This document shows, one piece after another, positions 45,624 through 53,101 of a stretch of DNA of 53,101 nt. The notes under the pieces were generated by a model. That model had not been told where the DNA came from. It searched no databases and saw only the letters and a list, made by a program, of their open reading frames with translations. The DNA comes from Flavobacteriales bacterium (GTDB lineage: Bacteria > Bacteroidota > Bacteroidia > CAIKAF01). The stretch spans positions 1 to 53,101 of the forward strand of contig JBEIQI010000002.1 in the NCBI GenBank assembly GCA_040376605.1. Reading direction: 5' to 3'. The first letter of the stretch is position 1. Each line of letters opens with the position of its first letter. Position numbers and translations under genes: made by a program.

Positions 45624-46932
45624 AGATGATTACTCCTAATACTGCAAATCCCAGGCCAACAAATGATTCTATAGGTTTTCTATAAAGTCCAAAGCCCAGC
45701 ATAAACAAATATATCAAAACAAATACGATGGGTACGAAGGGGTATCCGAATACTTTATAACCATCCGTTGTTGATGAGGTTTTCTTATCCCTGGCCCTCA
45801 GTATAAATAGGCCGAATACTGTTAATAGGGTAAATATATTTAAGGTAAACCCAATGAATACAATCACCGATTCGAAACTCGAGGTAATAATAAAGGCAAG
45901 GCTGATTAATGACTGCACAAGGATAGCCCTTTGTGGTACCTCAGTAGCTGTTGATTTGCTGAACCATTTAAACAGGCCATGATTTTCGCCCATGCTTTTG
46001 GTTACCCTAGGTCCTGTAATAATCATGGAGCTGATACTCGAAACCAACAGGAAGGATATCACCAAACCAATTCCTCCACCAATGATATTTCCAAAAATTT
46101 TCGTAGAAAAAATTCTTCCCACATCTTCCTGGCCTTTAATCTCATCAAATGGAAGAACCAGCATAAAGGCCAGATTGAGCAAAATATACAACACCGTTAC
46201 GATTAGAGTTCCCAACAATAAGCTTCTGGGAATATTTTTTTTAGGATTTTCAATTTCACCCGCTATATACGCCGATGCATTCCAACCACTATATGCATAC
46301 GAAACAAAGAAGAGAGAGATAAAGAAAGGGCCTGATACCAATTCGGGGAATTTAATTCCTTCTCCAAATGATTGTGAAATAACGGTGGTATCCATAAAGA
46401 AGAATCCTATGGCACAAATAATGGTTACAATAGCAATTTTAAAAGTGGTGGAAATATTTTGGAAGATGGCTCCAATTTTTTTGCTCACTAATTGTAAAAT
46501 AGTTAGTAAAAGCAAAGCGAATACAGCAATTACCTTTGATATGCCCACTTCCATGCCGGCCACGTAAATATTAGAGATCTGAAGTGAATGACTGAAATAA
46601 GTACCGAGTGCAATGCATGCTGCAGCAATTGGAGCTGCAAATCCAACTGTAAATGAGATCCAGCCAGCCGAGAAACCAATGGGTTTACCGTAGATCTGCG
46701 AAAGAAAATTATACTCTCCACCTGAGCCTTTTAAACGGGTAGCAATTTCAGCATAACAGCCGGCCCCAAATAAGGAAACAATACCACCCAAAAGCCAAAG
46801 CCAAATAATAGAATAACCACTGGATAAACCCAGCACCTGAAATCCTAAACTGGTAAATACGCCTGCGCCAATCATATTGGCAACCACAATCATGGTGGCG
46901 GTGTAAAGAGAATACGAATTTTTATTCGCCAC
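45574..46932 (-). CDS. APC-family amino-acid permease
   Basis: 452 aa and about 12 TM helices, with a typical APC N-terminus ...VVANMIGAGVFTSLGF. GTG start at 46932. Confidence 0.8.
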   Translation of the reverse strand: MANKNSYSLYTATMIVVANMIGAGVFTSLGFQVLGLSSGYSIIWLWLLGGIVSLFGAGCYAEIATRLKGSGGEYNFLSQIYGKPIGFSAGWISFTVGFAAPIAAACIALGTYFSHSLQISNIYVAGMEVGISKVIAVFALLLLTILQLVSKKIGAIFQNISTTFKIAIVTIICAIGFFFMDTTVISQSFGEGIKFPELVSGPFFISLFFVSYAYSGWNASAYIAGEIENPKKNIPRSLLLGTLIVTVLYILLNLAFMLVLPFDEIKGQEDVGRIFSTKIFGNIIGGGIGLVISFLLVSSISSMIITGPRVTKSMGENHGLFKWFSKSTATEVPQRAILVQSLISLAFIITSSFESVIVFIGFTLNIFTLLTVFGLFILRARDKKTSSTTDGYKVFGYPFVPIVFVLIYLFMLGFGLYRKPIESFVGLGFAVLGVIIYAISPNKKISNSKDNP

Positions 46933-46934
46933 GC

Positions 46935-48185
46935 TTACTTAGTTTTTTCCTCTTCATTTTTTACCGTCATATCTTCCTTGCGAATCTGTTTTAAGAAAGG
47001 AGTCTTATTAAAATCCCTAACACAGTATTGCAAATTGGATGTACCGATAGATACATTGTACCCAATAAAGAATGGCAATTCTTTTTTATCTTTTCTATTG
47101 GCGTAAGCTTCTTTCAAATCAGGTTGATTGTAGTTGTGGAACAATGGGAGTACAGTTGTAAAATTACCCCAAAGTTCAACATCCCATGCTTCATTATTTA
47201 AACTACTCCATGGAATCCCGCTATCATCCTGAATAATTACACTAGAAGTGTTTACCATATAATTATGCATTACGCTATAGCCTGGATATTGTGACAAATA
47301 AGACGCAGCCTTAAGGAATAAATAATGTCCACCAAAAGTATCTACAAATTTAAACATGGGATCATTTGCCCCATCTTTTAACATAGGATTCCAAATATTA
47401 TACCCGAAATAGTAAATGGCTTTGTCACTTCCTTTTTCATCGGTAAATTTCACTTTTACACCATACTTATCATTCTTCTCTCCGTAAACTGCTTTGGTAT
47501 AATTGGGTTTTCCGGTGGCTACATCCAAATCGAAATATTCTATGCCGGTTACTTGATAGCCTCTTCTTACCACATAGAATAATATATTATGCACAGTTCC
47601 GTTCAAATGTTTTTTGTTGAAGTCAACACGCATGGAGTTGGTTCTGTAAAAGCCCTTATCGTGGCTCATTCCCATTGCATTGTCATTTTGATATAAATAA
47701 GTACCTAATTCATCCTTGCTCATTTTGGCAGGGTCGTTAATGGATCCCGGAGGTTCCAAACCAATTAAAATATAGTTATCTGCATCTGGGAAAAATAAAT
47801 TAGCATATAAAAAATCTGCCCCACTAAAAGGGTAAAAACATGTTTTGTTTCCCTTTAAAGTGTGATTAACATTTTCCTTGGTCCATTTTAAAATCGGTGC
47901 AATTTTATCCTTTTCAAGTTGCGCCCATTCAAAATCCATCGATGCTTTATACTTTTTATAAAAGCCGGTATCAGCGATGTCTTTGTAGTTTTTATTGGTT
48001 GGCATTCCTGCAAGTAATCTGGCCAGATCATCCAATTCAGCATCTACTTGTGGAGCAGGTTTAGTTGAAGTTGAATCAACTTTTGTTGAATCATTATTTG
48101 AATTTTTGTTGGTGTTTTTTCCGCTTCCACATGCAGTAAATGCTAAAAGAAAAAAGGAGGCATAGATAAGGGTAATTAGTTTCAT
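46935..48185 (-). CDS. Hypothetical lipoprotein
   Basis: Start at Met31 of the ORF (ATG 48185-48183), giving MKLITLIYASFFLLAFTAC (lipobox). Its stop lies 2 nt from the permease start, so it is the first gene of that operon. Confidence 0.6.
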   Translation of the reverse strand: MKLITLIYASFFLLAFTACGSGKNTNKNSNNDSTKVDSTSTKPAPQVDAELDDLARLLAGMPTNKNYKDIADTGFYKKYKASMDFEWAQLEKDKIAPILKWTKENVNHTLKGNKTCFYPFSGADFLYANLFFPDADNYILIGLEPPGSINDPAKMSKDELGTYLYQNDNAMGMSHDKGFYRTNSMRVDFNKKHLNGTVHNILFYVVRRGYQVTGIEYFDLDVATGKPNYTKAVYGEKNDKYGVKVKFTDEKGSDKAIYYFGYNIWNPMLKDGANDPMFKFVDTFGGHYLFLKAASYLSQYPGYSVMHNYMVNTSSVIIQDDSGIPWSSLNNEAWDVELWGNFTTVLPLFHNYNQPDLKEAYANRKDKKELPFFIGYNVSIGTSNLQYCVRDFNKTPFLKQIRKEDMTVKNEEEKTK

Positions 48186-48249
48186 ATTGTTTTTAGTTGT
48201 GCCACAAAGATATGCAAAAGACTGGGATGTGAAAATTCTGTTAAATCCA

Positions 48250-48402
48250 TTCTGGTTCGGGGTCGCTATGGTCATGGGTTCGCCCCAACCAAGTGCTGGG
48301 ACCAGCCTATGGCAGCCCTTCCCATCGCTACTGCAATCTGGTTTGCAACCCTGCGGCTATATCACTACCTTTGCGGTTGATTGAAGCCATAAAATTTCAA
48401 TC
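48250..48402. ncRNA. Candidate structured RNA or leader (unclassified, strand undetermined)
   Basis: GC-rich island: a hand count gives 69 G+C in the 120 nt from 48251 to 48370. It contains at least four consecutive hairpins and has no credible ORF. It sits between a minus-strand operon start and a plus-strand tRNA. Confidence 0.3.
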
Positions 48403-48442
48403 CTTGTGGTTTAAACATTTGCCTAAAAGTTCTTTTAAAAAT

Positions 48443-48514
48443 GGCGCCGTAGTTCAATGGATAGAATAGAAGTTTCCTAAACTTTAGATATGAGTTCGAT
48501 TCTCATCGGGGCCA
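48443..48514 (+). tRNA. tRNA-Arg (anticodon CCT)
   Basis: Hand-folded 72-nt cloverleaf. Acceptor GGCGCCG/CGGGGCC with one G4-G69 mismatch, D-arm GTTC-AATGGATA-GAAT, anticodon arm GAAGT-TTCCTAA-ACTTT, T-arm ATGAG-TTCGATT-CTCAT, discriminator A. No CCA is encoded. Confidence 0.8.
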
Positions 48515-48518
48515 CTAT

Positions 48519-48545
48519 AAGTTTATCAAGAAATTAAACTTTTTT
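48519..48545 (+). terminator. Weak AT-rich hairpin plus T-run after the tRNA
   Basis: AAGTTTA (48519-48525) pairs with TAAACTT (48535-48541), running into TTTTTT. Confidence 0.35.
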
Positions 48546-48599
48546 ACATTAAATTCGTTTCAAACTATTTGATAATCGATTTTTACTAGTCCTGCAAAT

Positions 48600-50576
48600 A
48601 TGAAAAGTCTACTTTATTCATTTTTTTTAATAACCATAATCAGCTTTGGGGTATTTCCTAAAGCTTATGCTCAAAACGTATATATCCCTGATCCTATTTT
48701 TAAATCAGTCTTGGTAGCAGATCTTGGTATTAATATTAATGCTGATACAAATATTCAAGAAACAGAAGCCATTGCTTATACGGGAAATTTGTTTTTAGGC
48801 GAATTCGGAATTTCTGACCTTACAGGAATAGAAGCATTCGTAAATCTTACTGGCTTAGAATGTGGAGCTAATTTTTTAACCACCCTCAATCTCTCTGCTA
48901 ATACTGCTCTCCAAACCTTAACTTGTTCAATGAATTCATTAACAAGTTTGGATCTATCAACAAATGTTAATCTATATTATATCTCTTGCGGAAATAATAT
49001 GCTAACTAGTTTGGATGTATCTAATAATGTAGCCCTTCAATCGTTATATTGTGAGCTTAATAGTTTAACTAATTTAGATCTAAGTAATAATCCTGCGCTT
49101 TTGGATATTTATTGTCCAAATAATCAATTAACCAGTTTAGATTTTTCTTCTAATCCATTACTTACTTTTGTTGGTTGTGCAGACAACCTTCTTACTTGTG
49201 TTGATATTTCGAATAACCCAAATGTTACCTCTGTATTTTGTAATAATAACCTTCTTAATAGTTTAAATCTAAAGAACGGGAACAATACAAATTTTACAGG
49301 ATTAAATGCACTCAATAATCCATTATTAACCTGTGCTCAGGTAGACAATGTTTCTTACGCCAATACCAATTGGTGGGGATTTGTAGATGTATCCGTCAAT
49401 TTTAGCTTGGATTGTGGCCAACCTATCGCAGCTTTTAATGCAAATGATCCAGTATGTTTTGGAAGCCCTGTTAGTTTTACTGACGCTTCAACTTTAACAA
49501 CCAATTGGTTTTGGGATTTTGGAAATGGATTTTCATCCACCAGCCAAAACCCCAATTATGTTTATCCTGCGGGAGGAAATTATCAAGTAATTTTGCAAGC
49601 AAGCAGCTGTTACGGAGGAGATACCGCAAGTGCTTGGATTGTGCAGGGACAAGATGTTTTCGGTAGTGCAAGTTATACTGGAGGACCGGTAACCAATGGA
49701 TGGGCATTATTGTATCCTTTCCAACCATTTTATATTGCATTTGATACGGTTCAAATACAACCATTGGATGCTTCTGGGAATTTCCATTTTACAAATGTTG
49801 CAGATGGAAATTATTTAGTTCAAGTATTTCCCAACGAAGTTTCATTTCCTTCTTTAACACCTTCCTATTTTGATAATGATTGGGCATGGGATTCTGCCTT
49901 GGTCATCAACCATGGTTGTATTAATGCAACCAATGCCATCGATATTACCATGACCGAAATCATACCAACTGCACCTGGTATTGGATTGCTGGAAGGTTTA
50001 GTGGTAGAAGGGCCTGGTTTTGGAAGGGCACAAGGCGATCCGGTTCATGGGGTAGTTGTAAAAAGAGGAATCACTGGATCTTCACAAATTGTTGAAACTA
50101 CAGTTACTGATTTGGGAGGTCAATTTAGTTTTTCAAATGTGGGTTTTGGAACCTATACCATTTATGTAGATATTCCGGGATTATTAAGAGATTCTAGTTA
50201 CGAGGTTACGGTAGATGCTGCGAATAATCAGTTTCTTGATCTTAATTATTTGGTTGATTCAATGGCCGTATACGTTTTACCTAATATTGGTTTAGAAGAT
50301 TTAATGGATGAGTCTGCGGGCTTAAAGGTATTTCCCAATCCTGTGGAGGATCAGTCAACCATCGAATATATACTTGCCTCTAATGCCAAAGTAGATTTAT
50401 CTATTTCTAATGTGTTTGGGGTGCAGGTGCAATCCATTGTTAATGGTTATCAACTTGCGGGAAATTATAATTATCAATTCAACTCAAAAAATAGCCCCTT
50501 AAAATCTGGCGTATATTTTGTTACATTATCAATTGATGATAAGCAAATCACTCAAAGCATTCTTGTAATAGAATAA
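48600..50576 (+). CDS. Secreted leucine-rich-repeat protein with PKD-like domain and T9SS C-terminal sorting domain
   Basis: 658 aa with a signal peptide and about 10 tandem ~22-aa LRRs (L.sLD.S.N..L..L.C..N.LT). PKD-like block FTDAS...WDFGNG..S....P.Y.Y...G.Y.V.L. CTD LKVFPNPVEDQSTIEY...GVYFVTLS. Confidence 0.8.
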   Translation: MKSLLYSFFLITIISFGVFPKAYAQNVYIPDPIFKSVLVADLGININADTNIQETEAIAYTGNLFLGEFGISDLTGIEAFVNLTGLECGANFLTTLNLSANTALQTLTCSMNSLTSLDLSTNVNLYYISCGNNMLTSLDVSNNVALQSLYCELNSLTNLDLSNNPALLDIYCPNNQLTSLDFSSNPLLTFVGCADNLLTCVDISNNPNVTSVFCNNNLLNSLNLKNGNNTNFTGLNALNNPLLTCAQVDNVSYANTNWWGFVDVSVNFSLDCGQPIAAFNANDPVCFGSPVSFTDASTLTTNWFWDFGNGFSSTSQNPNYVYPAGGNYQVILQASSCYGGDTASAWIVQGQDVFGSASYTGGPVTNGWALLYPFQPFYIAFDTVQIQPLDASGNFHFTNVADGNYLVQVFPNEVSFPSLTPSYFDNDWAWDSALVINHGCINATNAIDITMTEIIPTAPGIGLLEGLVVEGPGFGRAQGDPVHGVVVKRGITGSSQIVETTVTDLGGQFSFSNVGFGTYTIYVDIPGLLRDSSYEVTVDAANNQFLDLNYLVDSMAVYVLPNIGLEDLMDESAGLKVFPNPVEDQSTIEYILASNAKVDLSISNVFGVQVQSIVNGYQLAGNYNYQFNSKNSPLKSGVYFVTLSIDDKQITQSILVIE

Positions 50577-50737
50577 TATAATAAAAGTATCTCTTTTCAG
50601 GACGTTGGATTTATTCAAATTCAAGGAATTAATGTGAAGGTATTGTGTAACTATTCATTAAAATCTTATAATACAATTGATTTTAAATGAATGCACCTTT
50701 GTTATGTAAAGAAATAACCATAACAAAATTCCACATA

Positions 50738-50938
50738 ATGAAAATTTTAAAATCACTTATACCAATTCTGTTAAGTATGATTATTGCAATCAATCTTACA
50801 TATTGTTTTTTAATTACCAACAAAGATGCCAAAAGGCATGATAACGGTAAGCATAAGGGCTGGCATAAAGAGCCCCATAAATCAAAAAAGATCATTATTA
50901 TTACTCCAAATGGCAAGGGCCACGGCAAACATAAATAA
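50738..50938 (+). CDS. Small secreted or membrane-anchored His/Lys-rich protein (66 aa)
   Basis: MKILKSLIPILLSMIIAINLTYC followed by KRHDNGKHKGWHKEPHKSKK...GKGHGKHK. Its own terminator starts 35 nt after the stop. Confidence 0.45.
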   Translation: MKILKSLIPILLSMIIAINLTYCFLITNKDAKRHDNGKHKGWHKEPHKSKKIIIITPNGKGHGKHK

Positions 50939-50972
50939 AAGGTAAATTTTATGCACAATATATTTAATTAGT

Positions 50973-50996
50973 AACGCTGCATTTGCAGCGTTTTTT
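50973..50996 (+). terminator. Rho-independent terminator
   Basis: AACGCTGC-ATTT-GCAGCGTT hairpin running into T6. Confidence 0.75.
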
Positions 50997-51043
50997 GTGA
51001 TATTACATTTCAATCTTTAGGTCTTTGGCTGGCACTTTCAATG

Positions 51044-52268
51044 TTATTTTTTTGATGCTTTCAAAAAGTAATTCCCAGATGAGGTTTCCAAATGGTTGTC
51101 GGCGCTTCCGAGTAATATGTATGTTTTTGCCAATACCTCCTTTTTCCCAATCCTGTTGTGAGCTCTAACCGCAAAGATATTGGCAAAGAATGAAACAAAC
51201 TTCTGTTTTTTTGTTTTAGGGCTTTTACTATTAGGCTTTAGAATTAATACTTTTAGCTTATCATATATTATTCTTCCATTACCAGTTATACCTTTCGAAT
51301 TCCCATGAAATTTAATATGAACTTCATGCAATACCATTGACTTTAGTTTAATATTGGCAAATAGTATAAAAACAGAATTTAATTCCTTTTTTAAATGGAG
51401 CCTTCGCCAAGGCTTCGTTTGCGTATTTCCCTAGCTGAGAGGTGGTGTGGTAATGAGCTGTTCTGTCTCTATGTATTTTAATGATTGGTTTTTGTAGAAT
51501 TATCGTATCTAAACAAACCTCATTATCAATAAAGAATCTTTCTATTTTAAAGTTTATTCCTATGACTTGGAGTATTTCGTCTCGAAGATATCAACTTGCA
51601 TTCCGCGTTTTCGTGTAAATTCAATAGGAGAGAGGGTAGGTTTATAACTAAAATTGTAGAGTTTTACTTTCTTTGAAAAAGAAGAATAGTTTAAGGTGTC
51701 TACTTTTAGGTTGTATAAGGAATCTGGAGTAAAGTATTTACGACTAAGCAATTTGATAACCACTTCCTCTGTAAATAAAATTCTGGAAGGGTTGGCTGCG
51801 CCTATACTATCTATTCGAATATGTCGAAGTTTTACCGAGCAGTCGTTGTATGAAAAGGAAATGTCTTTTTTATTTTCTGAATGGCGATACGTCAGTTTTA
51901 TTTTATCTAATAAAATCGAGTTAACATAAATACCATTTATATGTGGTTTTATACTTTTCCAGAGGGATTCTTCAGTTGGGGTCGGTTCTTTCTTTTCGGG
52001 ATGTTGTCTACAGAGAGTAATATGGCCATTTTCAACCTGTATCGTCTCAATGATTATTTTTTTGGAGAAAATAAGCGGAAATAATTTCAAACCACTTATG
52101 GATCCCTTGAGGATGCTTAATTCATTGGTAATATTGGGCAGTTTCCCGATTTGTTTTAGATGATGATACTTTATGCTGATAGCGCCATGATGAACAAGAG
52201 GATAATGTTAAGGCTACAATACCAATTAATACTTTTGTAATGGTTAAATTTCTTTTCATTTTTTTCAT
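51044..52268 (-). pseudogene. Decayed AsmA-like outer-membrane-biogenesis gene (multiple frame disruptions)
   Basis: Protein-like sequence continues across at least four minus-strand frame segments: MKKMKRNLTITKVLIGIVALTL..., then ...GLKLFPLIFSKKIIIETIQVENGHITL...(51560-52207), then ...GINFKIERFFIDNEVCLDTIILQKPIIKIHRD...(51348-51590), then MVLHEVHIKFHGNSKGITGNGRIIYDKLKVLIL...(51044-51337). Confidence 0.5.
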
Positions 52269-52667
52269 TTTTAATTTTGTCAAAGGTACTTGCTATGGGA
52301 TGGGTTTTTGTTACATAGTTTTGTAAATATATTGTATGATATCCGTATTGCTTGAAACTAATCATGGTATTCCCTTTTCTTATAATATGGATTATTTAGC
52401 TTTTTAAGTTAACCCTCACAAACCCCTTGTTGAATAAGGTTTCTAAATACTTGTACAAATTTGTGTGTAATATGACATTTAGGAATATACGGTAAAGGTT
52501 GTTTCGATTAATTTTTATAAATGTGATACCATATTTCCAAAGAGTGTGGATGTTGCAAAAAATTACAATATAAATGTAAGGGTTACTTACTGTGGGGATT
52601 CACTTCATTTTTGTCAAAACAAAATACATCTATGATTTTGGTCATATTTTATAGTTCTGTATTAACA

Positions 52668-52675
52668 TAGATTTG
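52668..52675 (+). promoter_or_regulatory. Bacteroidota -7 box (TAnnTTTG)
   Basis: TAGATTTG lies 43 nt upstream of the ATG at 52719. Confidence 0.3.
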
Positions 52676-52718
52676 ACCAATAAATTTTATAAACAATTAT
52701 TAATTAAAAAAAACAGTT

Positions 52719-53101
52719 ATGAAAAAAGGAGTTACAGTATTATTGTCTGCTCTCTTAGCTGTTCAAGTATATACGACCGCTCAGGTTTCGTGTACAGACT
52801 TGAATGGCTATCCCCAGTCTAAAAACATTGGAGGTACGGGAGCATATACACTTACAGCAGGTGTTGAAGAAATGGCTGCACAAACTTATCATTATTCGGG
52901 TCCTGGGTTAATAACCGGAGTTCGTATTTATGGTTATGCTCCGGGCATTGCATCCGTTGATTTGATTGCAAAGGTTTACACGGTTGATGCAAATGGTCGT
53001 CCTTTAAGCGTGGTTGCTTCCAGAAATTTCAATTGGGGGTTTTGGGAAGATTTAGCCGGTTTTAAAGATGTCACTTTTTTTAGTGGAGGACATTACCTAG
53101 A
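52719..53101 (+). CDS. Secreted protein of unknown function (5' partial, runs off the window end)
   Basis: The ATG at 52719 opens MKKGVTVLLSALLAVQVYTTAQ (signal peptide). The frame stays open to the end of the window. It is absent from the ORF track because it has no stop. Confidence 0.6.
   Translation, partial: MKKGVTVLLSALLAVQVYTTAQVSCTDLNGYPQSKNIGGTGAYTLTAGVEEMAAQTYHYSGPGLITGVRIYGYAPGIASVDLIAKVYTVDANGRPLSVVASRNFNWGFWEDLAGFKDVTFFSGGHYL

Noticed and set aside
45992-46567. 191-aa plus-strand ORF (and 45979-46206) inside the APC permease gene.
   Set aside because: It is antisense to a well-supported 12-TM permease and is a typical shadow ORF. The same reasoning applies to 6487-6792, 8814-9089, 18733-19044, 21703-22038, 24246-24620, 27333-27617, 31918-32193, 36317-36610, 41889-42155, 49477-49764 and the other short overlapping ORFs in the track.
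48187-48384. 65-aa plus-strand ORF covering the GC-rich island.
   Set aside because: The translation (…GSPQPSAGTSLWQPFPSLLQSGLQPCG…) is low complexity and has no start context. The open frame is better explained by local GC-richness of a non-coding structured element.
48250-48402. Partial resemblances of the minus-strand island to known RNAs: GGGAAGGGCUGCCAUAGG versus SRP RNA domain IV and the RNase P P4 region; GGUCCCAGCACUUG versus the cobalamin riboswitch GGUCCCGCCACUG; AACCAGAU...AGCGAUGGGAAG versus the 3' half of the TPP riboswitch.
   Set aside because: In each case the other obligatory conserved elements are missing. These are the GGAA tetraloop with AGCA loop for SRP, GAGGAAAGUCC for RNase P, GGUGAAAAUCC for B12, and CUGAGA with GGGGUGC for TPP. 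The available ~250 nt is also too short for RNase P. I left it unclassified.
50683-50958. 91-aa minus-strand ORF antisense to the small His/Lys-rich peptide gene.
   Set aside because: It is hydrophobic, Cys/Leu-rich and low in complexity. It has no terminator on its side, whereas the plus-strand ORF has a signal-like N-terminus and a clean downstream terminator. This remains uncertain without conservation data.
1-53101. I searched by eye for CRISPR arrays, rRNA genes, transposases, integrases, inverted terminal repeats and prophage genes.
   Set aside because: I saw no regularly spaced direct repeats, no rRNA-like conserved blocks, and no ORF with DDE, tyrosine-recombinase or serine-recombinase signatures. 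The window looks like core chromosome, apart from the SMC-like operon.

Overview
This is a 53.1-kb chromosomal segment from a low-GC Bacteroidota genome, probably Flavobacteriia. Three things support that call: three secreted proteins end in T9SS-type C-terminal sorting domains, TAnnTTTG '-7' promoter boxes sit upstream of several genes, and there is a complete alternative complex III (actABCDEF) plus cytochrome c oxidase (subunits II and I) cluster. The window is gene dense (about 40 CDS). Reading left to right it contains: a GT2 glycosyltransferase and CE4 deacetylase pair; a minus-strand glycan-catabolism block (GH20 hexosaminidase, CutC, GH2 beta-mannosidase, PhoD-like phosphoesterase); arfB, dnaG and an M1 metallopeptidase; a CoA-transferase with VOC and SRPBCC proteins; a self-contained three-gene MukBEF/MksBEF-like SMC operon placed head-to-head with an Lhr-type DEXH helicase; a translationally coupled MscS and CorA pair; the 11.8-kb ACIII-cox operon; metG; a frameshifted APC amino-acid permease; a second permease operon; tRNA-Arg(CCU); an LRR-PKD T9SS cargo protein; a small His/Lys-rich secreted peptide; and a decayed AsmA-like gene. 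I found no rRNA, CRISPR array, transposase or integrase. The most unusual locus is the compact SMC-like module at 16.9-21.4 kb: the ATPase gene comes first, no JetD/MksG nuclease gene is present, and it shares a divergent control region with the helicase that has a centred palindrome. A GC-rich, hairpin-dense intergenic island next to the tRNA (48.25-48.40 kb) is an unclassified candidate structured RNA. All calls come from reading the ORF translations and the DNA by eye. No HMM, BLAST or folding software was run, and hairpin coordinates were counted by hand.
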